Positions 51,263 to 62,187 of a DNA stretch of 64,000 nucleotides are shown in pieces. Position numbers and translations under genes: made by a program. Under the pieces are notes generated by a model. It ran no database searches and had not been told where the DNA came from. It saw only the letters and a program-made list of their open reading frames with translations. The stretch lies in the NCBI GenBank assembly GCA_965219575.1, contig OZ244779.1:620769-684768 (forward strand), in the 5' to 3' direction. Every line of letters begins with the position of its first letter. Position 1 is the stretch's first letter. The DNA is from Candidatus Oxydemutatoraceae bacterium (GTDB lineage Bacteria; Pseudomonadota; Gammaproteobacteria; Poriferisulfidales; Oxydemutatoraceae).

Positions 51263-53185
51263 TCAGGCAACCGAGGGAATTTTTTCTTTTTTCTTTTTTT
51301 CCGGCTGCCTTTCCCCTAAAGCAAATAACCTAAACAATTCACTCGTTTCGCACAGTGTTTCATAATCACCTTCGGCAGCTATTTTTCTATCGTCCAAAAC
51401 ATAAATCTTATCGCACTGTTTAAGCGACTGCACTCGATGTGTGACTATGATAAGTGTCTTTTGACCTCGCATAACAGAAATTTTCTCCATGATTTCGGCT
51501 TCGGTCGCTGCATCGATAGCACGGGTTGCCTCGTCTAAACATAATACCGGGCGATCTTGATAGATTGCTCTGGCGAGAACTATACGCTGTGCTTGTCCTC
51601 CGGAAATTTTTGTTGCTCTCATTCCGACCGGAGTTTCCAAACCTTCGGGCAATTGCTCAATGACTTGATCGAGCATAGATAGCTTAAGTGCTCTTTCCAA
51701 TAACTGCTGATCTACCTCTTCCTCTTCCAAACCTAGCGTTACATTGTATAAAATAGTCTCCGATATGATATGCGGCTTTTGGATTACATAGTTAATTTGC
51801 CGACGCCAGTTTTTCCGATCGGATAACTCTAATTTCTTCCCGTCTATTAATATACCGCCTTGAGTAGGGATGAGGAGACCGGTAAATAAATCGAGGATGG
51901 TACTTTTCCCCGAACCATTTCTCCCCACTAATCCGATGAATTGCCCTTGTTTTATTTTGAAATTTATGCCTTCCAGCACATACGGGAGTTCCTTCTCTTC
52001 TTTTTCCTCTTCTTTTTTGTCCTTTGCTACCAATACTGCGGTTTCGTAATCCTCCTCTTCATCGTCCGGTGTGTTACCGTGTCGGAAATAGATGTCCTTA
52101 AATTCTATATCTTCTTTGCATATCACCTGAGTGTCGCCGAAATTTGATTTTTGTTTATCGTACTTTAACAAAGTTTTATAGTGCAGTTGGAGCACCAGAA
52201 GCGATTTATATGCATTTGAAGTTTCTGAAATTATCTGTTCTGCGTACGCAGTTGCTCTCGTTGAAAGCAACATAAAAATCATTACAAAACCTGCTAATTC
52301 TTCTTTGGGAAGGGTGTATATAGCCAGCATAATACCTGAAATAAGCCCTAAATATCGCATAATCATAGCTATCATAGTTGATATGCCTTGAAATCTCTCC
52401 TTTTGTTCTTGTTGAGCCTGCTTGTTTTCTTGATTTTTCATATAGCCCTTAAAAAAGAATTGTTCTCTACCCATCAATTTGATCTCTTTAATAGCACCCA
52501 TACTATCCTTTAATGCTTGTGTGTCCTTGCTCATGGCTAAAGTGGCCTCATTGATCAAACGATCCATCTTAGGTTGAATGACAAAAGCCAATAGACAAAT
52601 AGCCGTGATACTCACTACGATACTAGTAAGCCCGGGTAAAGGATATATATAGATCAAAATAAAAGCCAATAAGAAAAACATGCTGATACTTAAGACGCAT
52701 ATAATTGCGCTATTCAACATTTTTGCCAAAGCACCGCATCCGGACTGTATTTTATTCATCGGATTAGCATAGCTGAATATATCTGCCTCGAGGTAATTAT
52801 TAAACAGTTTATTTGCTAATACGTTGCTTTGCTTATTCAAAAAGTTAGTGGTATATTTTTTTATATATCTAGTCATCAAAGCCTGTATACCGAATAATAA
52901 TAATGCAGCCAACACAACAAAAGTTATCAGCATGGTTGTTTCGGTATTTGCTATCAGATTATCCAAGTAATTTGCAAAGTCTTCCGGAAGCAATCTTTTC
53001 ATTCTTTTGGGCAAGCCTTCACTTTGTTTATGAGGTCGGGCCACTACTCGTATAAGCGGCATGATGAGCAACAGAGGTATTATCTGAAACAACCCGGAGA
53101 TTATAAGTGCCCCCGCAAGATAGTTTATCTTAAGTATGACACGACGCCCCAATAGCTGAATAGTTTGAATAATTACTTGAATCAA
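51263..53185 (-). CDS. ABC exporter, fused permease/ATPase (PglK/MsbA-like)
   Basis: TM domain; GRNGSGKST, ISGGQ, LDEAT, VTHR. Confidence 0.88.
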   Translation of the reverse strand: MIQVIIQTIQLLGRRVILKINYLAGALIISGLFQIIPLLLIMPLIRVVARPHKQSEGLPKRMKRLLPEDFANYLDNLIANTETTMLITFVVLAALLLFGIQALMTRYIKKYTTNFLNKQSNVLANKLFNNYLEADIFSYANPMNKIQSGCGALAKMLNSAIICVLSISMFFLLAFILIYIYPLPGLTSIVVSITAICLLAFVIQPKMDRLINEATLAMSKDTQALKDSMGAIKEIKLMGREQFFFKGYMKNQENKQAQQEQKERFQGISTMIAMIMRYLGLISGIMLAIYTLPKEELAGFVMIFMLLSTRATAYAEQIISETSNAYKSLLVLQLHYKTLLKYDKQKSNFGDTQVICKEDIEFKDIYFRHGNTPDDEEEDYETAVLVAKDKKEEEKEEKELPYVLEGINFKIKQGQFIGLVGRNGSGKSTILDLFTGLLIPTQGGILIDGKKLELSDRKNWRRQINYVIQKPHIISETILYNVTLGLEEEEVDQQLLERALKLSMLDQVIEQLPEGLETPVGMRATKISGGQAQRIVLARAIYQDRPVLCLDEATRAIDAATEAEIMEKISVMRGQKTLIIVTHRVQSLKQCDKIYVLDDRKIAAEGDYETLCETSELFRLFALGERQPEKKKKEKIPSVA

Positions 53186-53238
53186 AATTAATTCCTCGTC
53201 GTATAGTTAGTTTTACAAGCTACTTATTCTACTATAAG

Positions 53239-54258
53239 CTAGGGTTCTATGGGATGGCACAAATCGGATAGTTGCCAACGCGGTTTGACTTGTGGCAACA
53301 AATCCGCTTGTTGCCCGGCCAAAAATCGCACCATGCCGGCATAGGCGACCATCACACCGTTATCCATACACAAATCGGGTTTAGGATAGACAACCTGAAC
53401 GGCATCTTTCGCCAGTTCTTTTAACCTGCTGCGCAGCCGACAGTTTGCCGCAACACCGCCGGCAACCACAAATTGTTTATGTTCTGTTTGCTCTAATGCT
53501 CGCTTGCTTTTCACGATGAGTGCGTTAATTGCAGCGGTCTCAAAAGCCAGTGCGATATCGGCGCGTGTCTGTTCGTCATTTGCGCATTTTGCAACATGAT
53601 TCATCACTTGTGTTTTCAACCCGCTAAAACTAAAATCCAAACCCGGTCTATCCACCATAGGGCTGGTGAACTTAAAACGTCCCGATACGCCCTCCTCGGC
53701 AAGTTTGGAGATTGCCGGCCCGCCCGGGTAGGGCAAGCCCAACATCTTGGCAACTTTATCGAATGCTTCTCCTACGGCATCATCTAAAGTATCGCCTAAC
53801 AATCGGTATTTTCCCAAACCTAGTACCTCTATCAACTGGGTGTGTCCGCCCGACACCAACAATGCCGAATAAGGAGGTTGTAAGGAAGGCATTTCCAGCA
53901 TACAAGCGAGTATATGCGCTTCTAAGTGATGTATGCCCAGTGCCGGCTTTTTTAATGACCATGCCAAACTATGTCCGAATACTGCGCCGGTGAGTAATGC
54001 GCCTATCAAACCGGGACCTGCGGTATAAGCAATCGCATCAAGCTGTTCGATACGATAATCACCTAAGGCTTTCTCCAACAGCGGCAATAATTTACGCACA
54101 TGATCTCTGGATGCGAGTTCGGGAACGACCCCGCCGTAAGATTGATGCAGAGGGACTTGACTAAAAAGAGCCTCTCCCACCACGCCCGATTGCGAGTCGA
54201 CTAAACCTATACCGGTTTCGTCGCAAGAGGTCTCTATACCTAAAACCAAGGCTCCCAT
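53239..54258 (-). CDS. tsaD: tRNA threonylcarbamoyltransferase TsaD
   Basis: GIETSCDET, HHLEAH, VSGGHT, GEAFDK. Confidence 0.97.
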   Translation of the reverse strand: MGALVLGIETSCDETGIGLVDSQSGVVGEALFSQVPLHQSYGGVVPELASRDHVRKLLPLLEKALGDYRIEQLDAIAYTAGPGLIGALLTGAVFGHSLAWSLKKPALGIHHLEAHILACMLEMPSLQPPYSALLVSGGHTQLIEVLGLGKYRLLGDTLDDAVGEAFDKVAKMLGLPYPGGPAISKLAEEGVSGRFKFTSPMVDRPGLDFSFSGLKTQVMNHVAKCANDEQTRADIALAFETAAINALIVKSKRALEQTEHKQFVVAGGVAANCRLRSRLKELAKDAVQVVYPKPDLCMDNGVMVAYAGMVRFLAGQQADLLPQVKPRWQLSDLCHPIEP

Positions 54259-54269
54259 CTAGGCGCAAT

Positions 54270-54827
54270 TTAGTACAATGCCCGAATTACATTGAGCAAT
54301 ATATACAGTGCCAACAACACAACCATCGGGCTAAAATCCACCACGCTTACGCTAGGCATCAGACGCCTAACCGGTGCTATCAGCGGTGCGACAACATGGT
54401 TGAGCAACGACAGGGCGGGGTTTTGTATCATCGTCGTAGGTCTCACAAACCAGCTCGCAATCGCTAAAACGAAAATCGCAATCGCATAGAATTGAATCAA
54501 CCATTCTACAACCTGAAAAGCACCTACCTTCAGTAACAGATCCACAGGCCAAGAGACACCTTGTATCAGCGCAATCAAAAAGAGTTCGGATACCCGCATA
54601 ACATAGATCAATAACCAGCAGCCTATATCCCAGGTTCCTTTCACCGGTATCACAAACCTGATCAACCTCAGTACCGGCTGAGTTATCGTATAAACATTTT
54701 GCGATATCGGGTTGTAAAAATCCGCTTCGCTCGCTTCCAGTATTGCTCGGGCGATCAAAAAGAGAATATACAAGGTCATCACCGTATCGACCAAAAACAA
54801 AGCGATTTGCTGTGCGCCACTCATCAC
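54270..54827 (-). CDS. yggT: YggT family membrane protein
   Basis: ADFYNPISQ and DFSPMV; follows proC. Confidence 0.88.
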   Translation of the reverse strand: MMSGAQQIALFLVDTVMTLYILFLIARAILEASEADFYNPISQNVYTITQPVLRLIRFVIPVKGTWDIGCWLLIYVMRVSELFLIALIQGVSWPVDLLLKVGAFQVVEWLIQFYAIAIFVLAIASWFVRPTTMIQNPALSLLNHVVAPLIAPVRRLMPSVSVVDFSPMVVLLALYILLNVIRALY

Positions 54828-55663
54828 GAGTCCTCCAGTTGATCTGATATCTCGTTGGAACGCAACGCTGCCGCAGTTAGTACCGAGTGCGCAATTTGAT
54901 CTATGTTCACTTGTTCTAAAACTTGCAAGCCTCGCTCGGTAGTCCCGCCTTTAGAAGTGATCTGCTTTCTCAATACCGACAAAGCACCATGGTTTTTCGA
55001 GGCAAGCGTCGCAGCACCGTATAGAGTTTGTACTGCCAGCTTTTGAGCTATTTCCGGCAAGCAACCCAATTCCTTTGCAGCTTTCTCGAAGGCTTCGGTA
55101 AATCTAAAAAAATAAGCGGGGCCACTACCCGAGAGCGCAGTGACGATGTGCATATCTTTTTCATTTTCCAACCAAACGGTAGAACCTACCGTAGCAAAAA
55201 TGTCCTCGCTCAACTTTTTATGCATATCGGAAACATTTTGATTGGCATAGAGCGCGGTCATCCCGCAACCTACCGCAGACGGCGTATTAGGCATGCAGCG
55301 TACGATAGGCTGTGTGTTCGCAGTCCACCTTTGCAATAAATCCACCGACACACCGGCAGCAACCGAAACCAACAACACCGATTGCCTCGTCAACGCATCT
55401 TTAATCTCTCCACACACCACCGGCACGACATCGGGCTTCACACATAAAATGGCTATCGTCGCATCTTCGATCGCCGACGGATTAGAGGTGTAGGTGTGTG
55501 TTGCGTCGTTCTGCTCGTTGATCTCCGACAATTTAGAGGTTATCGGATCCGATATGCGTATATTACCGGCTTCGTATCCGGCGGCGAGCAAGCCCTTCAA
55601 CAGGCTATGTGCGATATTGCCGTAGCCGATTAACGCAATCGGTGTTATCGTTCGGTCGGTCAC
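54824..55663 (-). CDS. proC: Pyrroline-5-carboxylate reductase
   Basis: IGYGN, RCMPNTP, SGSGPAY, SKGGTT. Confidence 0.95.
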   Translation of the reverse strand: MTDRTITPIALIGYGNIAHSLLKGLLAAGYEAGNIRISDPITSKLSEINEQNDATHTYTSNPSAIEDATIAILCVKPDVVPVVCGEIKDALTRQSVLLVSVAAGVSVDLLQRWTANTQPIVRCMPNTPSAVGCGMTALYANQNVSDMHKKLSEDIFATVGSTVWLENEKDMHIVTALSGSGPAYFFRFTEAFEKAAKELGCLPEIAQKLAVQTLYGAATLASKNHGALSVLRKQITSKGGTTERGLQVLEQVNIDQIAHSVLTAAALRSNEISDQLEDS

Positions 55664-55665
55664 CT

Positions 55666-56334
55666 TTAATCTCGTATCAAGTTGCCTTGCATATTGGAAG
55701 CTGCCAATCGCTGCTCGAATACATGTCGTACGGAATACGGTAATGCTTTGATTTTGACAACCTGCTCCAGAACATCGTAATTTTGTTTGTCTATAAAATA
55801 AAGATGTGCGATTTGGTGTACGCTAATACGCTCGGGCGTGCGACGCACAAACACGATTTCTTCACCGGCTACCAAAGTACCACCTTTAATAATCCTTGCA
55901 TAACTGCCTAGTTTACAACTTTGTGCGAAAGTTTTAGAAAAACCGTCGTGTTGCACACTCATATCGAGCTTATAACAAGGGATGCGCGGCTGCGTTATTT
56001 CAACGACGGCATCGGCAATGCCGAGACGATCTCCGACACACAGCTCGGTTTCAAACAAACCTTCGGCGGTCAAGTTCTCGCCCAAGGTGCCGTATGCCAG
56101 CTGCTTATTCAAATGTTTCTCCCAAGTTTTATAGTGTTCGGACGGGTAAATATAAACGCCTTTGGCCTGCCCGCCGTGATTACGAAGATCGGCTTGCCGG
56201 TCACCGTCCAAACCCTGTATTCCCAGCGAGACGGCACCGGTGACCGGCTGCTTGCGAATACTACTTCGAACGCAACGCTTTTTATAAACCAACGGCACCG
56301 GTTTCGATACATTAATGGATAAGATACGGCTCAT
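55666..56334 (-). CDS. MOSC domain protein (YiiM-like)
   Basis: GDRQAD..HGG, GENLT, QPRIPCYK. Confidence 0.9.
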   Translation of the reverse strand: MSRILSINVSKPVPLVYKKRCVRSSIRKQPVTGAVSLGIQGLDGDRQADLRNHGGQAKGVYIYPSEHYKTWEKHLNKQLAYGTLGENLTAEGLFETELCVGDRLGIADAVVEITQPRIPCYKLDMSVQHDGFSKTFAQSCKLGSYARIIKGGTLVAGEEIVFVRRTPERISVHQIAHLYFIDKQNYDVLEQVVKIKALPYSVRHVFEQRLAASNMQGNLIRD

Positions 56335-56840
56335 TGCACTCGTCTATAACTTGTAACAAACGCAAATAATACCAGCACCAACAAAACAATAAAAAACAAT
56401 AATGTTTGTTGTGGTATCGTTAACCCCAGAAAAGTCCAGCTAATATCGGCACATTCTCCGGTGCTATTGAAAATTGTCTCCAGTGCCTCGAACAACGGGA
56501 AACGGTCGAATAGATATCCCATATCGGGGGTGCAACCGGGAACAAGTTCGGGTGGCAAACTCTGCAACCAGATATGTCTGGCGGAGACGGCAATGCCTGC
56601 CCCAATCAGTAGTACGGATAGACCTGCATACAGTCTATATCCTAAAACACCGGGGTTGTGTAGCACGATCAGTAAAAACAACAATGCGAGTGCGGCGACT
56701 ATATAACGACTGATAAGGCACAACGGACACGGTTCGAGGTTGAGGTATCCTTGCATGAAAAAAACCGAAATCATCAGTGCCAGCAGGCACAAAATCCAAG
56801 CTGTCAAATAAATAGTTCGGTTATCGCTTAAATGTAACAT
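56331..56840 (-). CDS. dsbB: Disulfide bond formation protein B
   Basis: LEPCPLC, second Cys pair, WTFLGLTIP. Confidence 0.93.
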   Translation of the reverse strand: MLHLSDNRTIYLTAWILCLLALMISVFFMQGYLNLEPCPLCLISRYIVAALALLFLLIVLHNPGVLGYRLYAGLSVLLIGAGIAVSARHIWLQSLPPELVPGCTPDMGYLFDRFPLFEALETIFNSTGECADISWTFLGLTIPQQTLLFFIVLLVLVLFAFVTSYRRVQ

Positions 56841-56968
56841 GAAAAATATAAGTGCCGATTAGTCACCCGTGCAGAACTAAAATAGCATAAAACCGGAGAG
56901 TTTTATATAAAAAAATCAATAGAACTGCCTCCTGTGAATACTTGCGTGGAATACATTGGGTGGGCATG

Positions 56969-58282
56969 CTAATCGGAGATATACGGGTTCGGGGTTCTGC
57001 GAAATTCTAAAGAAATGGGTGTGCCTTTGAGCTTAAAACAACGTCGGATATAAGCGGCTAAATAACGTTTGTAATGTTGCGGTAGACAGTCCACTCTGCC
57101 ACCCGAAATAACAAAACGCGGGGGTAATTTATCGACTTGGCAAATATAACGAGGTTTGATCTGTCGATTTTTCACCAGTGGTGGCGAGTGTCGAGCGAGT
57201 GCCGCCTTCAAGACGCGATTACACTCGGCTGTGGAGATTTTAATGCAAGCATTGCGATAAGCCCTCACCACCGCTTTCATCGCCGCCGATAAGCCGGTGC
57301 CTTTCAACGCCGAGATGCGATAGTGTTCTATATAATCCAAAAAACGCAGCTTCGTGTCCAAGCTACGCTTAAGATCGGTTTTATTATCGGTACTTAGCAA
57401 GTCATATTTATTTAATGCGATCACGAGTGCACAACCGTGCGCTATCGCGTGCATCGAGAGATGTGCGTCCTGGTCGGTGACACCCTCGGCGGCATCGCAG
57501 ACTAATAACGCAACATCACCCATCACGATATGCTCAAAAGATTGTGCGACACTGAACTTTTCAACATCGTCTTTGAGCTTGCTTCGCCGCCGTATACCGG
57601 CGGTATCCACCAAAGAAAAACTTTTTCCGTTAAAAGAAAAAGGCACACTGATTGCGCTACGCGTCGTTCCGGGTGTCGACGAGGTCAATATGCGTTGCTC
57701 CTTAATCAAGGTATTGACAAGTGTAGATTTTCCGACATTGGGACGACCGATAATGGCAAGATGTATGCGACCGGGGTCGCTCTTTTTCGGCAAAGGTTCG
57801 CCCAACTCAGTGGCGATTGCCTCGAGCAGTATCCGTGTCCCACGACCCCTGGTAGCAGCCGTATAAAAACAACGCGGTATGCCCAGCGACAGAAATTCAC
57901 TTCGGTAATACGCCTCGCTTTGCTTGTCTATTTTATTGACTACCAACCATAAGCCTTTGCCTGTTTTGTGCATCTGCGTTGCCAAAGATTGATCGAGCGG
58001 CGTTAAACCGTGTGTGGCATCGACAATCAATGCAACGGCATCGGCTTCGGCTATAGCACGCTGCGTTTGTGCTGCAATCAGCCGATCTATCTCGTTCTCA
58101 TCGGCAAGACCACCGGTGTCTATGATAATGCAACTAAGGCCTTCGTGTTCTACTACGCCGTATTGACGATCTCTCGTTAACCCGGGACTGGCTGCTACGA
58201 TTGCGTCGCGCTTATAAGATAGGGCATTGAATAAAGACGACTTGCCGACATTGGGGCGTCCTACCAAAGCCAACTTTTTCAT
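56969..58282 (-). CDS. der: Ribosome biogenesis GTPase Der
   Basis: Two GRPNVGKS P-loops; true start MKKLALVG lies outside the MITE. Confidence 0.95.
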   Translation of the reverse strand: MKKLALVGRPNVGKSSLFNALSYKRDAIVAASPGLTRDRQYGVVEHEGLSCIIIDTGGLADENEIDRLIAAQTQRAIAEADAVALIVDATHGLTPLDQSLATQMHKTGKGLWLVVNKIDKQSEAYYRSEFLSLGIPRCFYTAATRGRGTRILLEAIATELGEPLPKKSDPGRIHLAIIGRPNVGKSTLVNTLIKEQRILTSSTPGTTRSAISVPFSFNGKSFSLVDTAGIRRRSKLKDDVEKFSVAQSFEHIVMGDVALLVCDAAEGVTDQDAHLSMHAIAHGCALVIALNKYDLLSTDNKTDLKRSLDTKLRFLDYIEHYRISALKGTGLSAAMKAVVRAYRNACIKISTAECNRVLKAALARHSPPLVKNRQIKPRYICQVDKLPPRFVISGGRVDCLPQHYKRYLAAYIRRCFKLKGTPISLEFRRTPNPYISD

Positions 58283-58291
58283 CGCACACAT

Positions 58292-58560
58292 AGGGCTGTT
58301 GAAAAAGTAGCGTTCTGCACGAAACCAACCGCTGTGCGCCGCATAATTATCCAACCCACCTGTAGGGGCAGACTTATATGTCTGCCCTTAAGTACCATTC
58401 TGCACAGCCGTAACCGCTTGCGCCGGATGGTTTTGGTTTTCATACATTGGATGAATGAATGTATAAATTGTGCGGATATAACGCATTACGAGCGGACACG
58501 CCGTAGAGCGGACTGATATGTCCACTCCCTCTACAGTGTATAAAATATTTTTTCATCTCA
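58292..58560. mobile_element. MITE copy between bamB and der (degenerate right end)
   Basis: AGGGCTGTTGAAAAAG, GTAGGGGCAGAC..GTCTGCCC, shared internal body. Confidence 0.8.
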
Positions 58561-58565
58561 CACTT

Positions 58566-59747
58566 TTAGTTTTTGCGGTAGCCTTTCACATGAAGTGCGG
58601 TCAAATCACCGCTTTTATCGAAAGCGATCAGCTTCCCATTTGCAAAAGACACCAACGACACAATCGGTGAACCACCGACATCGCTCATATCCAGCACTTC
58701 TCCGCTTTTGTGTGATAGCCAGTAAATATCGCCGCGATCGCTCCCGACTGCAACCAGCGCACCTACCGACAGCGGCGCACTCAACTCGGTATCCAGCAAT
58801 CGAGTGTTAGACCATAGTCTGTCACCGGTTTGACGGTCGTGCGCTACGACTTGGTTTTCCGGTGTGGTCGCATAAACACCTTTGCGCCCTACATCGAGTC
58901 CCACATGAGAAGGCGCATCTGCCAACCACAACAATCTATTGTCCCGGAGATCTAAAGCGATCGCACGCCCCTGGTACGCCGTAGCAAAAAAAATATCGTC
59001 GTATATCAACATACGACCGTCTACATCGACGATACGATCCAAATCGGATTCACCCGAACTTACACCGAGCTTGAGTTGATTCAATACCTTACCGTCGTCC
59101 AATGCAAGTGCCAATATCTGCCCGTCGTCCAAACCTAGAAAGGTCACATCTTCAAAAAACACCGGAATACTTGTGCCTTTAATCGTTAGCGGTGGGGGCG
59201 GGTCTTTGCGTCGCCAAAGCGGCCTACCGTCGTCGCTGCGAAAAGCAAAAGTCGTGTTGTCTTCGGTACGCACAATCACGGTATTTTTGTAATTCTCGGA
59301 AATCACCAAAGCCTTGCTACCCAAACCGCGCCGCCATAATATTTCTTTAGAATCTTCGGCAACGGCTAAGACTTCACCTTTATTCGTACCGATTAGCAAT
59401 ATGCCGTCGCCACCACCAATGCCGGCAACCAGTTCCTCTCGCACGACCGCACTCCAGACGCGTTTGCCTTCGTTCAAATCAAATGCCACGAGTTTGCCGC
59501 CCGGCCCGCAAACATAAATCCGATCGCCTTCCAATAACGGAGTGAAAAACAAATAGTCGTCTTCAAAGCTGCCCACCGCGGAAACCGACCACAGAGTATT
59601 CACGACGAGAAAAGACGGAACATCATCTAAATAACGATCTTCTTTGCCCATGAGCGCATTGGTGATGGTAGAACAAGCACTCAATAAGAGCGAAACGCAT
59701 GCGACGAGGACACTTGCGGTGGGTATCGTAATTGGATGGAAAAACAT
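58566..59747 (-). CDS. bamB: Outer membrane assembly lipoprotein BamB
   Basis: Lipobox LLSAC, PQQ-like repeats, DRIVDVD; located between yfgM and der. Confidence 0.88.
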   Translation of the reverse strand: MFFHPITIPTASVLVACVSLLLSACSTITNALMGKEDRYLDDVPSFLVVNTLWSVSAVGSFEDDYLFFTPLLEGDRIYVCGPGGKLVAFDLNEGKRVWSAVVREELVAGIGGGDGILLIGTNKGEVLAVAEDSKEILWRRGLGSKALVISENYKNTVIVRTEDNTTFAFRSDDGRPLWRRKDPPPPLTIKGTSIPVFFEDVTFLGLDDGQILALALDDGKVLNQLKLGVSSGESDLDRIVDVDGRMLIYDDIFFATAYQGRAIALDLRDNRLLWLADAPSHVGLDVGRKGVYATTPENQVVAHDRQTGDRLWSNTRLLDTELSAPLSVGALVAVGSDRGDIYWLSHKSGEVLDMSDVGGSPIVSLVSFANGKLIAFDKSGDLTALHVKGYRKN

Positions 59748-59752
59748 GTTAT

Positions 59753-60021
59753 GGGGCTGTTGAAAAAATATCCACGAACCGTAGGGGCGGACTAGCATGT
59801 CCGCCCGTAGCGCGTTGGTCGGCACGATTTATACATTCATCCACCCGATTTATGGAAACCAAAACCATACAGCGCAAGCGGTTCCGGTTATTCTGGACGC
59901 TACTTAAGGGCAGACATAGTAGGGGCGGACTAACATGTCCGCCCACCCCTACAGGTGGTTTGCAAATATTCACGGCGCAAGCGGTTGCAATTGTGCGAAA
60001 CAGCACTTTTTCAACAGCCCC
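59753..60021. mobile_element. MITE copy between yfgM and bamB
   Basis: GTTAT|GGGGCTGTTGAAAAAA...TTTTTCAACAGCCCC|GTTAT; an extra REP at about 60048-60073. Confidence 0.9.
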
Positions 60022-60119
60022 GTTATTAGTGCAAGTACTAGACTTAAGGGCGGACATATAAGTCCGCCCCTACATTTCGTAATTTACATCGTGGTTTCAC
60101 AAACAACATTATAGTATCG

Positions 60120-60860
60120 TTATCCTTCGTCTTCACCCTCTTCGTCTTCGTCCTCGGGTGGTTTTAATGTGCCGCCGATCTCCTCTATCTTCATCATAAC
60201 AAAGTTATAATCGTCAACCATGGAGGTGGAAACGGCTCTTTGATAGGCATCTTGCGCTTGTTCATAATTACCCCGACGGGCTAAATAATCGCCGTGAACC
60301 TCCGAGGCAAGTTCCTCTATACCACGCGGGAAAATGTAGTTGACGACAATTTCTCGGGCTTCGTCGGTTTGCTCTAATTCCATTAGTACACGCGCCAAAC
60401 GAACCCACGCCAGCGATCTGAGTTCTTCGTGTTGCGAATTCTCCGCAACCCATCTTAGGTCTGCCGTAGCCTCCTCCAGTTGCTCTTGTTCAACCTTGAA
60501 TTTTGCCATCGCAAACGAAGCAAAAGCGGCGTAGGCGGTCGTGGCGTATTCGTCGCGAAGCGTACTCAACTCTTGATTTGCATCTTGCGCGTCCTCCAGT
60601 GCAATATAATCGAGCATTTCCTCATAATGCATTGCAGCTTCGGTCTCTCGGGTTTCGGTATAGTAGTCCCAACCTTTCCAACCGGCGATAGCCATGATGC
60701 CCAGTACGGCACCGGCAATAAAATACTTGCCGTTATCGTGCCACCATTCCGAAAGCATTTCCTTGCTTTCGTCTCCCGATTGAACCCTCGGTGTTTTCGG
60801 TGTTCTGCTCGGTGTTTTTTGTATCCCGGCGGATTGCTTTGCTTGTTTCTTTTTTGCCAT
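60120..60860 (-). CDS. yfgM: YfgM family TPR protein
   Basis: WWHDNG + TM + TPR (RLARV); follows hisS. Confidence 0.85.
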   Translation of the reverse strand: MAKKKQAKQSAGIQKTPSRTPKTPRVQSGDESKEMLSEWWHDNGKYFIAGAVLGIMAIAGWKGWDYYTETRETEAAMHYEEMLDYIALEDAQDANQELSTLRDEYATTAYAAFASFAMAKFKVEQEQLEEATADLRWVAENSQHEELRSLAWVRLARVLMELEQTDEAREIVVNYIFPRGIEELASEVHGDYLARRGNYEQAQDAYQRAVSTSMVDDYNFVMMKIEEIGGTLKPPEDEDEEGEDEG

Positions 60861-60901
60861 GTTTTAATCTCTATCAGTACTAAATCGGTTTAATAAATCG
60901 T

Positions 60902-62179
60902 CTATTTAAGAGGAAAATACCTTTGAATAAAAGAAAACAACTCGCTTTCTGTGCATTTTGCTTGTCCCTCATCTCCTCTTAAATCCTTAATTGCAACGGT
61001 TCCCGTGCTTACTTCGTCTTCCCCTAGAATTATTGCGAAGCTAGCTCCCGACTTGTCCGCCCGCTTGAGCTGAGCTTTGAAACTGCCACCACCGCAATTA
61101 TCTATGAACACCAGTTCGGTAGGCAAAAGTTCGCGGATTCTATCCGACAACATACATGCCCTACGTTCGGCTTTCTCACCCACCGCAACCATATAAATAT
61201 CGGCACCGAGGAATTCGTCGTCGTGCCGATCTTCCAGTAGCAACGCAAGACGCTCTATGCCCAAGGCGAAACCCGCCGCCGGTGTTTGCTTGCCGCCCAA
61301 CAAAGCGACGAGACCGTCATAACGACCACCTGCACAAACAGTGTTTTGTTGTCCGACATCTTCCGGGACGATCCATTCAAACACCGTCTTATTATAATAG
61401 TCTAAACCGCGAACTAAAAAGGGGTCGTGTTGATACGCTATACCTTTATCTTCCAGCATTGATTTCAGCTTCTCTAAGTGCAGGCGTGAACCATCGTCTA
61501 TATATTCGGATAATTGCGGTGCATCCTCCAGCAACTTCTGTGTCTCCTCATTTTTACTATCGAGTATACGCAGAGGATTCACTTTCAACCGTTTGCGCGA
61601 ATCGTCGTCGAGCCGATCCTCACGGGGTTCGAGCCATTCTACCAACGCCTCGGTGTAGCTTTGTCTAGCTTCCGATCCGCCCAAGGAATTAATCTTTAAG
61701 CATAAATTATCCACTTGCAGACTCTCGAATATCCGACTACAAACGGCAATCAACTCACAATCTATATCGGGACCTTCCATCATAAAGGTTTCTGCGCCGA
61801 CTTGATGGAATTGTCTGAGCCGCCCCTTTTGCGGACGCTCGTGGCGGAAGAACGGACCTACATACCACAACCGTTGCTGCGTAGAAACCAAACCGTGTTC
61901 CAGTGCGGCACGCACGCAACCCGCAGTGCCTTCCGGTCGCAATGTCAACGAATCCCCGTTGCGATCCTCGAAGGTGTACATCTCTTTGGTGACGATGTCG
62001 GTATGGTCGCCTATAGAACGCGCATAAAGCTCGGTCTTCTCGAGCAGCGGTAACCGTATTTCCGCATACCCGAAAGAACGCAGTATCCCGATACTGCACA
62101 TCTCTATAGTTCGGAATAACATGCTCTGCTCGGCTAAAGCATCGTGCATGCCGCGAATAGATTTTATTGAAACTGTCAC
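60902..62179 (-). CDS. hisS: Histidine--tRNA ligase
   Basis: LRPEGTA, FRHERPQKGR, LVRGLDYY, GGRYD. Confidence 0.97.
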   Translation of the reverse strand: MTVSIKSIRGMHDALAEQSMLFRTIEMCSIGILRSFGYAEIRLPLLEKTELYARSIGDHTDIVTKEMYTFEDRNGDSLTLRPEGTAGCVRAALEHGLVSTQQRLWYVGPFFRHERPQKGRLRQFHQVGAETFMMEGPDIDCELIAVCSRIFESLQVDNLCLKINSLGGSEARQSYTEALVEWLEPREDRLDDDSRKRLKVNPLRILDSKNEETQKLLEDAPQLSEYIDDGSRLHLEKLKSMLEDKGIAYQHDPFLVRGLDYYNKTVFEWIVPEDVGQQNTVCAGGRYDGLVALLGGKQTPAAGFALGIERLALLLEDRHDDEFLGADIYMVAVGEKAERRACMLSDRIRELLPTELVFIDNCGGGSFKAQLKRADKSGASFAIILGEDEVSTGTVAIKDLRGDEGQAKCTESELFSFIQRYFPLK

Positions 62180-62187
62180 GCCGGTCT

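Noticed and set aside
58283-58354. N-terminal extensions of der (also bamB to 59825, accB to 13131, yaaA to 17386, protease to 46333)
   Set aside because: The extensions run into MITE DNA, upstream genes or intergenic DNA; family-typical starts lie downstream.
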